Assembly (NCBI GenBank): GCA_951406725.2
Contig: OX597828.1
Span: forward strand, 20,956,001 to 21,020,000
Direction of reading: 5' to 3'
Source of the DNA: Octopus vulgaris
Taxonomy: Eukaryota
DNA: 64,000 nucleotides
Part shown: positions 24,385 to 37,788 of the stretch, piece by piece
Numbering within the stretch: the stretch's first letter is position 1
Layout of the letters: each line of letters begins with the position of its first letter
The notes under the pieces: model-generated
Told to the model about the DNA's origin: nothing
The model's input: the letters and a program-made list of their open reading frames with translations, nothing else
The model's database searches: none
Program-made: the position numbers and the translations under genes

Positions 24385-25920
24385 CCTCCACCCAACAATA
24401 ATTGCTGAGGAACAACATATATGCGATCTGACTCGTTCCGAATCCTCTGTAATCGGCCCCAGAATCTTTCTTTCCTACTCAACTCAGACAAGACGAAGGA
24501 ACAGAGATACAGAACTAGCTGCAATAAGAACGGCTTCAACCGACCCCAAATATTCTACTAGGATATTCATACCCCAGTCCCCAACAATAATTGCAGAGGA
24601 ACAGTAACTATTGCACTCTGATCCGTTCGACTCTGCCGTGGCCACCCCAAGAATTTATCTCTCCTACTCAGTAAGGACAAGCATTAAAAAGTACATGTAC
24701 ACAGAATTAACTGCAACAGCTTCAGCTGGACTCAAACATGTTGGATTGTGCAGTTTGGGGTCTCAGAGACATGGAATAACAGAGAGAACAATACTACGGG
24801 TTGTACTTCATCATTCGAGCAAACTACTCTTGATCAAGACTGGCCTGGTGTTTATGCAACCGTGATGGTGGTGGTGATAGTGATGGTAGTCTTCCGTAGT
24901 CCGAGAAAGACGGTTCTGAAAATTCCTGCTGAACACCCGGGACAGATGGTTTGTTTATAGTGATCCAATGTTTTGTGATGCACATTAGATCCCTCATTCC
25001 TTCAAATCGATGTTAGGTGAACAAGAGCGGTGTACCAGACCTCATGAATCGAAGTAATCGCAGAGCAACGCGAGATGCAGTGTTTTGTTCAAGAACACAA
25101 CACACCAACCGTTCTAGGAATTGAAACCACGATCTCCCAATCACAAGTGCAACAACACTAGGCAAAGCGCCCTCGCTGCGAAACAATAACAATCACCCAA
25201 TCATCATCATCATCAACACAAACATCTCTCTGATGATCATCATCATACTTCCTCATCAACCGCCACTAATCAACTGCAAACCTCCATGTAGTTGTTCGAT
25301 ATGCTAGAAACACCAACAAAATCTCAGTCAAATCACATCCTGCCATATAGAGAAAGGGAAGAACAATCTGGATAATGTATTCCTAGGAAATCCTTTAAAT
25401 CAAGAAAGGATGGCCTTGGCTTGGACACTTTTGATCATAAGTCTGCTCGATCAGGGATGGCCTGGGGTTAAACGACAACAGCAATAAATACTACGATGAA
25501 CCATGAGCCAACAAGGGAGCCTCTACTTGGTCAGTGGATCTGCTAGAAATAGTAGCCACGTCTCCCTAAAAACTATACACCAACAGTTTTATAAAGGCGA
25601 GCGTATTCCTAAACATTTGGAATGGCCTTAATCATAGTTCAGCTCAATTAGAATTGACCTAGGGCTAAATCACCCATCAAAGCTCGAAGACCAAGGGAGG
25701 TAGGATGGGGGGGAGGTAGCAGTGTAATCATACACACATATATAAGGATACACACACACATATAAGGATATATATATTTTTATATGCACACACACACACA
25801 CACATACATATACATACATATACATACATATACATACATACGCGCGCGAACGCACACACACGCACATATGCACGCACTCACACACACACACATATAACAC
25901 TTGACTCTACACCACTTATT

Positions 25921-26323
25921 TATTTCCTTATTGCCCACAGGGGGCTAAACACAGAGGGGACAAACAAGGGCAGACAAACGGATTAAGTCGATTACATCGA
26001 CCCCAGTGCGTAACTGGTACTTATTTATTCGACCCCGAAAGGATGAAAAGCAAAGTCGACCTCGGCGGAATTTGAACTCAGAACGTAGGGCAAACGAATT
26101 ACCTATTTCTTTACTACCCACAAGGGGCTAAACACAGGGGACAAACAAGGACAGACAAACGGATCAAGTCGATTACATCGACTCCAGTGCGTGACTGGTA
26201 CTTATTTAATCGACCCCGAAAGGATGAAAAGCAAAGTCGACCTCGGCGGAATTTGAACTCGGAACGTAGCGGCAGACGGAATACGGCTACGCATTTCGCC
26301 CGGCGTGCTAACGACTCTGCCAG
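25921..26323 (-). mobile_element. Dimeric SINE family B insertion with 16-bp TSD
   Basis: Two head-to-tail units; CTCTACACCACTTATT at 25905-25920 and 26324-26339. Confidence 0.9.
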
Positions 26324-28014
26324 CTCTACACCACTTATTGCGTTCTTTATCGTTAAAAATCTGTACACAGAAACATACGAGCGTATACACACACCGTTTG
26401 AATATATTACAAAGAACAGAGAAAAGGCGTGCGTGCATGCGTGTAGACATGTACGAAGAACGCACGCCCCACCCCAAAAAACCCCGCGTTTATGTAAATT
26501 GTATCAAAGCACCTGATTTATTCATGTAGCTTTCACAAGAAGACACCCGGTCAAGAGAGAGAGAAACGTTCACACAACACACACACCTAATCATCTGCGA
26601 CAAAAGAAACGTGTCTAACAATAAGGATAACTTTGAAATATGAAAACTACTACTCGTTCTTCAGAGCTCGCTCGCCGGTCGTCAGAGCTGACCTACACCA
26701 CGCAATATCAAACCATATACCTAACCAATGATATCTGTCTTTCTGTTTCCAGTCAAATCCCTCCTCCTCCTCCTCCTTCTTCTTCTTCTTCTTCTCCTCC
26801 TTCTTCTCCGTCGTCGTCGTCTTTTCTTTCTAGTAACCTCACAAATCGGTCATTTTTTTTTTTACTGCGGCCATGCTGGGGCACTACCTTGATAGATTTA
26901 AGTGGAACAAATCAACTCGAAATCCCTTCAAGAATTTCAATTTCTAAGTCTGCTATTTACTCTATCGGTCTCTTTACGCTGAACAGCTAAGTTACGGAGA
27001 CGTCAACAAACCAACACCTATTGCCAAGCGGTGAATGGGGCGGGATAAGTACATACACACACTATATATATATATGTATGTGTGTGTGTATACACACACA
27101 CACACACACACATACACACACGCATATCTATACATGTTACTTCTACACAGTTACTGTCAACGAAATTCACTCACAAAGCATTGGTCGGCCCGGGGCTATA
27201 GTGAAGACACTTGCCCAAGCTGCTGTGCAGTGGGATTGAACCCGAAATCACTGGGATTGCAAGGCGAGCTTTTTAACCACCCAGCCATGCATGTACCCAG
27301 GGTCCATACACATTATCCAACCCACTGTTCCTCTACCCATCCATCCATCAATCTATATACCGATATATCCACCCATTCATACTGCCGGCTATTCATCCAC
27401 CCAACCACGCTCCCAATCTAATGCACCCACCCGTCCAGCTGAGTGCATATATATATATATATGTACTCATATATCTACCCAGCCCAGGCAGCCATCCGTG
27501 AATTTACCTACTTAGCCATCGAAACACCCGTATATCTACCTACCCAAGCATCTATTAACACATGGCTCTATCTAACTACCCAGTCAGCCGTACACCCATA
27601 TATATATATATATATATACACACATACAGAAGTAACATGTATAGATATGCTTGTGTGTGTGTGTATATACACACACACACACATACATATATATATATGC
27701 ACACCCACCTGTGCATCTAAAAATGTACCTACTTACCTAGCCACATGTACACCATATATCGATCTATACCCACCCGCTTATCTATACACCCAGATATCGA
27801 TCTAATCTAGATACCACTATGACGATCTACCCACCTACTCACCCAGTCATCTAATTATACGCCCCCTTATTTGTCCCACCTGCCTACCCGTCCTTCCACT
27901 TATCTACCCACTTACCCCCATACCTGTAAACAGTGGCAGAAAGAGAGAAGGGGGGAGATGACGAGGCATGTGGAGAAAGAAAGAAAGAATGAAAGAAAGA
28001 AAGACGGAGAGAGA

Positions 28015-28170
28015 AGTGGGCGTGGCAGCGTTTGATTTATAACAACTAATCAGCAGGAACTAATTAGCGAGTGCCAGTACCTATAGCAATTAGTAGTAAG
28101 TTTAATTAGTTAAACGTATGTGTAAGCTTCCGGGCAAGTTTAATAATTAAGGGAAATTATTAATTACTAC
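28015..28170. promoter_or_regulatory. Candidate enhancer: homeodomain-site cluster
   Basis: GTGGGCGTGG, TGATTTAT (28033-28040) and at least seven TAAT/ATTA cores including CTAATTAG and TTAATTAG, in sequence not repeated elsewhere in the window. Confidence 0.35.
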
Positions 28171-28174
28171 CTCT

Positions 28175-29075
28175 GTTCGGTGGCCATGGCGAAAGCGGTT
28201 GTGTGGTGGATGAAACTGAAAGGTCTGACGAAGGCCACTTCCGTCTTTGGCCAAGGCCTCGTCGACATACTTAAAATACCATTTCAAAAGAAAGGTGCGG
28301 GTTGTGAGAGATGTGCAGAAAAATTTAATGAAAGGTGGGTGAATGAGGCGAAGATGGTCGGAATGAGTGGGCCTACCCTAAGCCGGTGCCTTGCAGGCTG
28401 AAGAGTATGGAGAGAGCAGTACTTAACATGGTACTTCCAGTGATTAGGGTTCCTTGGGATAAACGGAGTTTCTTGGATGCCCCCCGTGTGGTGTTTTACC
28501 GCCACCCTACATTGGGGATTTCGTTTACTCTTTTACTTGTTTCAGTCATTTGACTGCGGCTATGCTGGAGCACCGCCTTTAATCGAGCAACTCGACACCG
28601 GGACTTATTCTTTTGTAAGCCCAGTACTTATTATATCGGTCTCTTTTGCCGAACCGCTAAGTTACGGGGACAGAAACACACCAGCATCGGTTGTCAAGCA
28701 ATGCTAGGGGGACAAACACAGACACACAAACACACACACACACACATATATATATATACATATATACATATATATATATACACATATATACGACAGGATT
28801 CTTTCAGTTTCCGTCTACCAAATCCACTCACAAGGCATTGGTCGGCCCGAGGCTATAGTAGAAGACACTTGCCCAAGATGCCACGCAGTAGGACTGAACC
28901 CGGAACCATGTGGTTGGTTAGCAAGCTACTTACCACACAGCCACTCCCGCGCCTATTTGTTAAGATTTTTTTGTAAATTGTATGTAATCGTTTACACATT
29001 TCAAAGTAAATCTCAACTGTCTTTTGTCTTTGTGTTGTCCAAAATGTTTTGCAGCCCTTGTGGCCAATAAAAGAA
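28175..29075 (+). mobile_element. Tx1/L1-like LINE 3' end interrupted by SINE A (28522-28953, minus strand)
   Basis: AMAKAVVWWMKLKG...F.RK.R....KFNERW resembles an L1/Tx1 ORF2 C-terminus; the T-rich UTR ends GCAGCCCTTGTGGCCAATAAAAGAA. Confidence 0.55.
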
Positions 29076-29160
29076 TCATTATTGTTGTTGTTGTTGTTGT
29101 AACGAGCTGGTAGAATCGTTAGCACCCTCAGGAAAATGCTTAGCGGCATTTCGTCCACCA

Positions 29161-29326
29161 TTACTGCGGCCATGCTGGGGCACCACCTTGATAGATTTAA
29201 GTGGAACAAATCAACTCGAAATCCCTTCAAGAATTTCAATTTCTAAGTCTGCTATTTACTCTATCGGTCTGTTTACGCTGAACAGCTAAGTTACGGAGAC
29301 GTCAACAAACCAACACCTATTGCCAA
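29161..29326. other. Locally templated 166-bp insertion copied from 26862-27027
   Basis: Two mismatches versus the donor; flanked by the 21-bp direct repeat CGGCATTTCGTCCACCATTAC (29144-29164 and 29328-29348). Confidence 0.85.
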
Positions 29327-29484
29327 ACGGCATTTCGTCCACCATTACGTTCTGCGTTCAAATTCCGCCGGGGTCGACTTCGCCTTTCATCCTTTCGGGG
29401 TCGATAAATTAAATACCAGTAAAGTACTGGGGTTGACTATCCTCCTCTCCACAAATTCCAGGCCTTGTGCCTATAGCAGAAAGG

Positions 29485-29534
<50 letters not shown>

Positions 29535-30514
29535 TACAGCGAGCTGGCAGAAACGTTGGCACGCCGAGCAAAATGCTTGGCGACATTTCATCTGTGTTTA
29601 CGTTCTGAGTTCAAATTCTGCCAAGGTCAACTTTACTTTTTATCCTTTCGGGGTCGATAAAAATAAATACCGGTTGAATACTAGGGTTAATGTATACGAC
29701 TTACCCCCTCCTCTAAAAATTGCTGGCCTTGTAACAAAATTTGAAACCATCATTATTATAATTAATATCATAATATCATTACGAGTGAGTGGCCAAGTGG
29801 CTGTAATGTGGCGTATTAGGTAAGACGTCGAACAAAAATACGTTACGTTGTCAAGTTTACCTAGCTGTTACGTTCCAAGTTCAAATCCCGTCGTGGGCGT
29901 CTTTAATTTTTCATTATCCTAAATCGATAGAATGAAATACCATTCAAGTACTGGAGGAAGGGAGTCTGTTTAATTTCTTCCTTTTCTCTCTCCCACCCGC
30001 CTTCATAATAAAACAAAAAATATCGAGCTTTGTACAGTGTGGATAGATAAGTAGAGAGACAGATTATTAGACACAGAGATGAATGGCAAAATAAATAAAT
30101 AAATAGATACACACAAAATAATCACTGTGCATACCACTGTTACGTAAATGCCTGCGACTCGGGTTCGGTTCAAACTTGAAACCGTGTCACGGTATTTAAA
30201 ATGTCCTTGACACAAGGAACGGCATCCAATTTGCCCTTTACACACAGACAGACACACTTACACACAAATGTATATACATATACAGACATGACATGTACAC
30301 ATATAGAAACACATACACATATTATTCTTTTCTACTCTAGGCACCAAGGCCCGAAATTTTTAGGGGAGGGGACCAGTCGATTAAGATTGACTCCAGTGCG
30401 CAACTGGTACTTAATTTATCGACCCCCGAAAGGATGAAAGGCAAAGTCGACCTCGGACAAATTTGAACTCAGAACGTAAAGACGGACGAAATTCAACCAG
30501 GCATTTTACCTAGC

Positions 30515-30561
<47 letters not shown>

Positions 30562-30653
30562 TTATTATTATTATTATTACTACTACTACTATTATTACAA
30601 TATTTCGACTGCTATTTCCAGTAAATATCGGTACCTTGTTGTGACACTATTTC

Positions 30654-30702
<49 letters not shown>

Positions 30703-30872
30703 TTTGTACGTTCAAAGTTCAAATCTGGATGGGGACCGATATCGCATTGTTATACCCGCCCCCGCTAAGTCTGGAATTAATAAAATGCTACTGAAAGCAA
30801 CTAGTACACTACAACGTCTACTACTACAACCACCAACACTACCAATCTCACTAATACTGTTACCACATCATC

Positions 30873-30907
<35 letters not shown>

Positions 30908-31212
30908 CACCAGAAACAACACGATACTATTACGAGTTAACGAAAGGGGGCCTTTATGTGGACGCTCAGTCTGCTAGAAATAGCAGCCAAATAGCTCTGA
31001 AATCTTGAATTACATACGCACCCGCACCACCATCCTAAAGAAAGAAAAAAAGGGGGCGGGTACATGAGATAATGTAATTCTGACTTCCTTCATTAGGACG
31101 GAGACGGGATGGTCACGGTTGGGTGAGCTTTGATTGTAAGCCTGTTCGATGAGGGTTTGATTCGGAGCTAAACTACATTATCATTACAACCACGATATTA
31201 CAATTACAACTA

Positions 31213-31245
<33 letters not shown>

Positions 31246-31359
31246 CTCTACTACATCACAACGATTAATGTTACTACTATTACTACTACCACCACCACAA
31301 CCACTGTTACGTATCAATCTCCCTGGTTTGTATGTATGTATGCATGGATGTACGTACGT

Positions 31360-31560
31360 ACGTACGTGAACAGCTGACTGTCACACTGAAGATATCTTGG
31401 CCAGGACAGGTTTGCTTTCCCTCCACATTATCTTAAAGTTACAACAGAAATGTTACCACAAACTGGTCGCTCCAGGTCACGAGGTCAATTTTTACGACAG
31501 GAGTTGTGTTAGGAAGAATGGCCGGCCGGGTGACATTAAACCTTGAACTTATACATGTAC
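31360..31560. promoter_or_regulatory. Candidate enhancer: DR2 nuclear-receptor element abutting a posterior-Hox-type site
   Basis: AGGTCAcgAGGTCA at 31474-31487 followed by TTTTTACGAC at 31489-31498; CAGCTG and CTGTCA motifs upstream. Confidence 0.4.
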
Positions 31561-31959
31561 ACGCGCGCGGAGGTGGTCGTTTCGCAGAACTGTAAGAACG
31601 TTAGAACAACTGCTCTTTGCGTTCCGAGTTCAAATTCCGCCAAGTCTACTTTGCCTTCCACCTTTCCAAGGTCGATAAATAAAGCAGTAGTCGGATGCCG
31701 AGCTGATTTTCTCTTAACTCTCTCTGTCTCCTTGTCGAAGGAGACAAAATATACAAGCATATCCACACCCACAGACGTGTGTGTGTGTGTGTGTGTGTAA
31801 TGCTATCACTACTGCGTGGGCAGAAAAAGCTCTGAGCAAAACTCGACGATCCAGGCTCAAATTCCATCGTCTTCCATTGCTGAAGTTCCCAGTTCAAAAG
31901 CAACTGACCTGGTCTCACCCACTGACGGACACTTGACTTCGGGTCAAGAGAGATTAAAC

Positions 31960-32170
31960 AAGTGTCAATTGCTCAACTGCCTACCTGAAGAAATCAGAAA
32001 TATGAGACAAAACCTCTAGTGAAACATTAACTAGAAACACACATTGGGATAAAACTCCAAACGACGATTGGCGAGCGGACCAGCCAACCATTCAAGGATA
32101 CGACTCGGGGAAGATCAGCTGATACGAACTCAATCATAAACCAACTCCTAGCCATAAAGAGACAACAACA
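31960..32170 (+). mobile_element. CR1-like LINE 3' end relic
   Basis: QLLNCLPEEIRNM...DQPTIQGY...RSADTNSIINQL resembles a CR1-type ORF2 C-terminus. Confidence 0.5.
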
Positions 32171-32252
32171 GAACTGAAAGAAGATAAATTAGAGGCGATG
32201 CTCAAGCATGAACGCAGTCCTATGACTGAAACCATTTAAACTAAGAAAAAAA

Positions 32253-32406
32253 TGTGGCTGTGTGGTAAGTAGCTTGCTAACCAACCACATGGTTCTGGGT
32301 TCAATCCCACTGCGTGGCATCTTGGGCAAGTGTCTTCTGCTATAGCCCCGGGCCGACCAATGCCTTGTGAGTGGATTTGGTAGACGGAAACTGAAAGAAG
32401 CTTGTC

Positions 32407-32460
<54 letters not shown>

Positions 32461-32660
32461 TTGTGTTTGTCCCCCTAGCATTGCTTGACAACCGATGCTG
32501 GTGTGTGTTTACGTCCCCGTCACTTAGCGGTTCGGCAAAAGAGACCGATAGAATAAGTACTGGGCTTACAAAGAATAAGTCCCGGGGTCGATTTGCTCGA
32601 CTAAAGGCGGTGCTCCAGCATGGCCGCAGTCAAATGACTGAAACAAGAAAAAGAGTAAAA
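32253..32660 (+). mobile_element. SINE family A
   Basis: Near-identical to the other family A copies. Confidence 0.9.
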
Positions 32661-33296
32661 AAAGAGAGAGATACAAACACACACACACACGCTTAAATCA
32701 TTTGTGTGTATGTGGGTGGATGGATGGATGGAGTGCACGTATGTAATTATATACATCAAAATCTATGAGAGCAACAACATTAGCAACAGTTAAATAACGG
32801 CCGAGCTTTCCTATCGAAACTGTATTTGAAATTGAGAGATTTTTCTTAATTACCACAACGGTAACACATTACCAAGAAAAGGTCACCACGGCTATCTTAC
32901 TCCGTTATGCATTATATATTTATACAGACATGCATAATATATGTATGTGTGTATGTACGTATACATTTACAGATATATTTCATATTATGTGTGCGTGTAT
33001 GTACATATATCTATATACACACGTGTTAATACGTGCGTAATATACACACACGTACGTTATATAGATACACCTCGTATCAAATATACATATGTACACACGC
33101 ACATTATATATATATACACCATCGCACACACACATTACATGTGTGACTATATAGTCTATGTTTTCACACACACATCTCATCATATATATATATATATATA
33201 TTATATATATAAAACATGAGTACATACTCACATATCGTATATATGTGTGTATGTATATATATATATACACACACATACATACACGTGCTTATACAT

Positions 33297-33329
<33 letters not shown>

Positions 33330-33859
33330 CACACACATATTATACACATGCAAACCGAAACACACAAACCGTCGTAGGGCTGATTAACGTTTGTGTTGAT
33401 TTCTTATATACATTATATATAAACTCATGGTCTCAGATCTTAAAGGAGAAATAGTTGGGCCATATATCGCGACCCTTCCACACACACAGCCCCGGACCCC
33501 TCAACACACACAGTCTTTTAGTAATCATTTTATTTTATCGACACCGGAAGGATGAAAGGCAATGCTGACCACGGCGCGATTTGAACTCATAACGTAGAGA
33601 GCAACAAGGCTCAACTGATTCTCACGGAACCACCCCATTGATTTAATGATAGTCACAATCCGGTCTAACGATGAGATCAATACGTGGTTGCTTCGACAGC
33701 TCGAAATAGCAGCCGCATCTCCTTCAAGTCACACTAACATCTACAAAAAATAGCACTGCAAATAATGTGATTCTGGGTTCTCTGAATAAAGGACTAAGAC
33801 AGGATGGTCACAGTTGGGATGTCTGTCATCATAGGTCTGTTGAACTGGTGTTGATTTAA

Positions 33860-34700
33860 GGGCTGGGGGGGGGGGGATCAGTCGATTATATTGATCCCCA
33901 ATATTTGACTGGTACTTTATTTTATCGACCCTTGAAAGGATGAAAAGCAAAGCTGACCTCGGCAGAATTTGAACTCGGAATGTAAATAAGCCGGAAGAAG
34001 TACTGCCAAGCATTTTGCCCGAAGTACTTAGCGATTCTGCCAATCCAAGGCCTGAAATATTGGTTTCCAATTTTGGCACAAGGCCAATTCCAATGTACTT
34101 ATTTTATCGACCCCAAAAAGATGAAAGATAAAGTTGACCCCCCACCGCCGATATTTGAACTCAGAACGTGAAGGCAGACGAAATGCGGCTAAGCATTTTG
34201 CCCGGTGTACTTAACGATTCTGCCAGCTCACCGACTTCCAAGGCCTGAAGTTATTGCTGGAAACAGTCGGTTACGTCGACCGACCCTTGAAGGACGAAAG
34301 TCAAAGCTGACCTCGGTGGTATATGAACCCAACAATAATAATAACTGTATAAGATTGTAGCACGAGACGAGCACTTCTGATGGGAGATGGCTAGGCGATA
34401 ACATCCACTCCTTAACTGTGCTTAACTGGTACTTATTTAATCGACCCCCAAAAGGATGAAAAGTAGAGTCGACTTCGGCGGGATTTGAACAAAAGGACTG
34501 AGAGAAATGCCGCTAAATATTTTGTCCGACGTGCAAGTAATTCTGCCAGCTCACCGCCTTTATTTTTTAAATATGAATTTTTTATTAACATAGGCATGAG
34601 GTCTGAAATTTGGATGTTATACGATTACATTAAATGGAACTTTATTTTATCGACCCCGAAAGGATGAAATGCCGGCGCGGTAACGATTCTGCCAGCTCGC
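33860..34700 (-). mobile_element. Pile-up of degenerate family B SINE fragments
   Basis: TCGACCC..AAGGATGAAA and GATTCTGCCAGCTC motifs recur about five times. Confidence 0.75.
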
Positions 34701-37154
34701 CAATAAGAAAGTGATAGGAGATGGGGGGGAGGGAGGAGGCATTTGTCTGCTGCTTCTAGCAGGTCAAATGACTACTCAGGGTTTTCCTCGTCGGCTTGTA
34801 TAAGCCTCAATGTGATGGTGACAATGGTAACGGCAGCGAGGGCGTGTTTATAAGTGATGCTAATTGAGAAAAAAGATGAGGAAATGATGATGATGAGGAT
34901 GATGGTAGTGACGATACTAATGTTGCTGTAGTAATTGTTGATCATGATGATGATGATGATGATGAGGCAGGTGGTACGAAACACTGATGCTGGCTGGCTA
35001 GCGTGATGGTGGCGACGTGAGTGAATATCCAGCCTTATGCAAATGATGGCGACGATGTCGACGGAGGTATTGATATGATGGTGGTGGTGGTGGTGGTGGT
35101 GATGGTGACGACGAAGATACCGGTGATGTTAATAATGATGATGATGCTTCTACTGACGATGGTAATAATGATAGTGGTTCTGATGGTCGTAGCGATGGTT
35201 AGTCATAACTGTTACTGTTGCTGGCGGCGGTGGCAATGATGGTGTTGGTGGTGGTGGTGCGTTGTTCAACCCCAGGTGGGATATCTCTGACTTATGTCCA
35301 AAGACGTTCCAACCACGACCACCCTGTCCCTTTAGGTGCATCTAAAACTGTATGTATTATATATATAATGTGACCTTCACCTTTTTTTTTTCTTTTTGAA
35401 GACGACTGTCTTCAAAACAGGGTTTGGCTGCTATTTCTAGCAGATCGGGCGATATGCGTACAGGCTTGCTCATTGATAATGGTGATGGTGAAGGTGACGG
35501 TGGCGGTTGTGATAATGATATGGTGTTCGTATGTTGAGTGTACTATTGATGATGATGATGATGATGATGACGATGATGATGATGATAGGGAGGAGGCGGT
35601 AGAGGAGGACGCTGAAGTTCGTTATGATTATGATGATGATGATGCTGACAATGATCATCTTTCGAGTATTCTAATTTTATTCACATCTAGGATGCATTAT
35701 GGAAATATTAAATCAATGCTAGTAGCACTTGACTAAATATTTTTTTTTTATTTTGATCGATCTTCATTCGGTAGGGCGAACAATAATACATATATATATA
35801 TATATATATTAAGAGAGAGTAAAACATGCAAAGTTGATATCGGTACGATTTGAACTCAGAACGTACAGAGGGGAAGGAAACTAAATAACATACCGCTATA
35901 CTAAAGTCATTTTGCCCGACACCCAACTCACTCTGGCAATCCACGCCTCAGAGATGACGACGATGATGATGATGGTGATGGCGGTGGTGGTGACGATGAT
36001 GGAGATGGTAATGATGTCGATGATGGCTATGATGATGATGACGACGACGGTGGTGGTGGCGGTGGTGGTGACGATGATGATGGAGATGGTAATGATGCCG
36101 ATGATGGCTATGATGATGATGATGACGACGACGGTGGTGGTGGTGGTGACGGTGGTGGTGGCGGTGGTGGTGGCGGTGGTGGTGACGATGATGGAGATGG
36201 TAATGATGCCGATGATGGCTATGATGATGATGACGACGACGGTGGTGGTGGCGGCGGTGGTGACGGTGACGGTGGTGGTGGCGGTGGTGGTGACGATGAT
36301 GGAGATGGTAATGATGCCGATGATGGCTATGATGATGATGACGACGACGGTGGTGGTGGCGGTGGTGGTGGTGACGATGGCGAAGACTATGACGACGACA
36401 ACGATGATGGAATACAAGGGTGATGATGATGATGTGTTTGAATAGAAGAGTGATAATAACGATGGTGATGATGATGATGATGACGAAGGCGACGCATGTT
36501 TGAATACATGTTCGCAATTAAAAAAAGAAGGCAGCGAAATAAGTTGAGAAGGTGGGTGTGGGTGTGGGAGTAGGAGAGTGTACTCGAAAATGGTGGGGGT
36601 GGTGGTGGTGGTATGATGATGGTGATGGTGAGGTGGGGGTAAGACACAGAGCGAGATGGAGGGAGAGAAAGGAAACGAGGGAAGGAGAAAACAGCGACAA
36701 GTAAATCAGGAGACTCTCCATCACATAAAAAAACCCATTCTGCTCCCCACCCCACCCAGTCGCCCTTCATTTAGGCGGGGTGGGTGGGGGGCGGAAAAAG
36801 GGGTACATGGGCGAAGGTGGGGTGGGTGGGGTGGTGGCTGAGAGGAGCTTTGAGTTGCCGATGACGAGTGGAGGGGGAGAAGGATTGTAAGGATGAAGGG
36901 AGATGTTAGAGAGTGGTGGTGATGGTGGTGGAGGTGGTGGTGATGGAGACGGGTGGCGGTGGTGGTGGCGCTGTTGAGATGTAAATGCCATGTGGAGGCG
37001 TAGGGGATGCTAATGCTTATGATGACGGCGATTGTGATTGTGACGATGATGATGATGATGGCGGTAGTTGTGATGATAGCAGTAGTGGTAGTTATGATGA
37101 TGATGATGATGATGGCTGTGGTGGTTGTGATGATGATGATGGTGGTTGTATTGG

Positions 37155-37179
<25 letters not shown>

Positions 37180-37189
<10 letters not shown>

Positions 37190-37421
37190 GCTGCTAGGGT
37201 GGTGAAAGGCTGATGGTGATGAGGAGGGATAACATGATATCGGTGCTATGATTTATGATAAATAAATGTTACCAATGCCAATGATCAAAGTTTTCTTTAC
37301 CGCATATTGCCAAACACGAAACAGTGCAGATTGGAAAGAAAAACAAAAACGCACCCGATATTTATTGAAGGGAGACACGCAGACGACCCCAATGTGTGTG
37401 TACGTGCGATTATGCATACAT

Positions 37422-37469
<48 letters not shown>

Positions 37470-37749
37470 GTCAATGTATGTATGCACATGTATTTAGAAA
37501 TGTATATGTATGTATGTGTGAATCAATGTTTAATGTGTGTGCGTGTGTATATATATATATATATATACGTTGCTCCAGCATGGCCACAGTCAAATGACTG
37601 AAACAAGTAAAAGAGTATACGTATTTACATGTGACTGTATTATATACACACACGCATGCATGTTAATATATCTACGTATATCTAATCTACATGTAGGCAT
37701 CGGTCTTCGTATATATGTATGTGTATAAATGTAGCGTGCATACATACAT

Positions 37750-37788
<39 letters not shown>

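Larger units (their letters stand above)
23740..24740 (+). repeat. Diverged tandem array of ~180-200-bp units, interrupted by two MITEs
   Basis: CAATAATTGC recurs near 23838, 24396 and 24586; the CCTACTCA...GACAAG motif recurs four times. Confidence 0.7.

Noticed and set aside
35896-36517. Poly-His/Arg and poly-Met/Val ORFs
   Set aside because: Tandemly duplicated GAT/GGT repeats.
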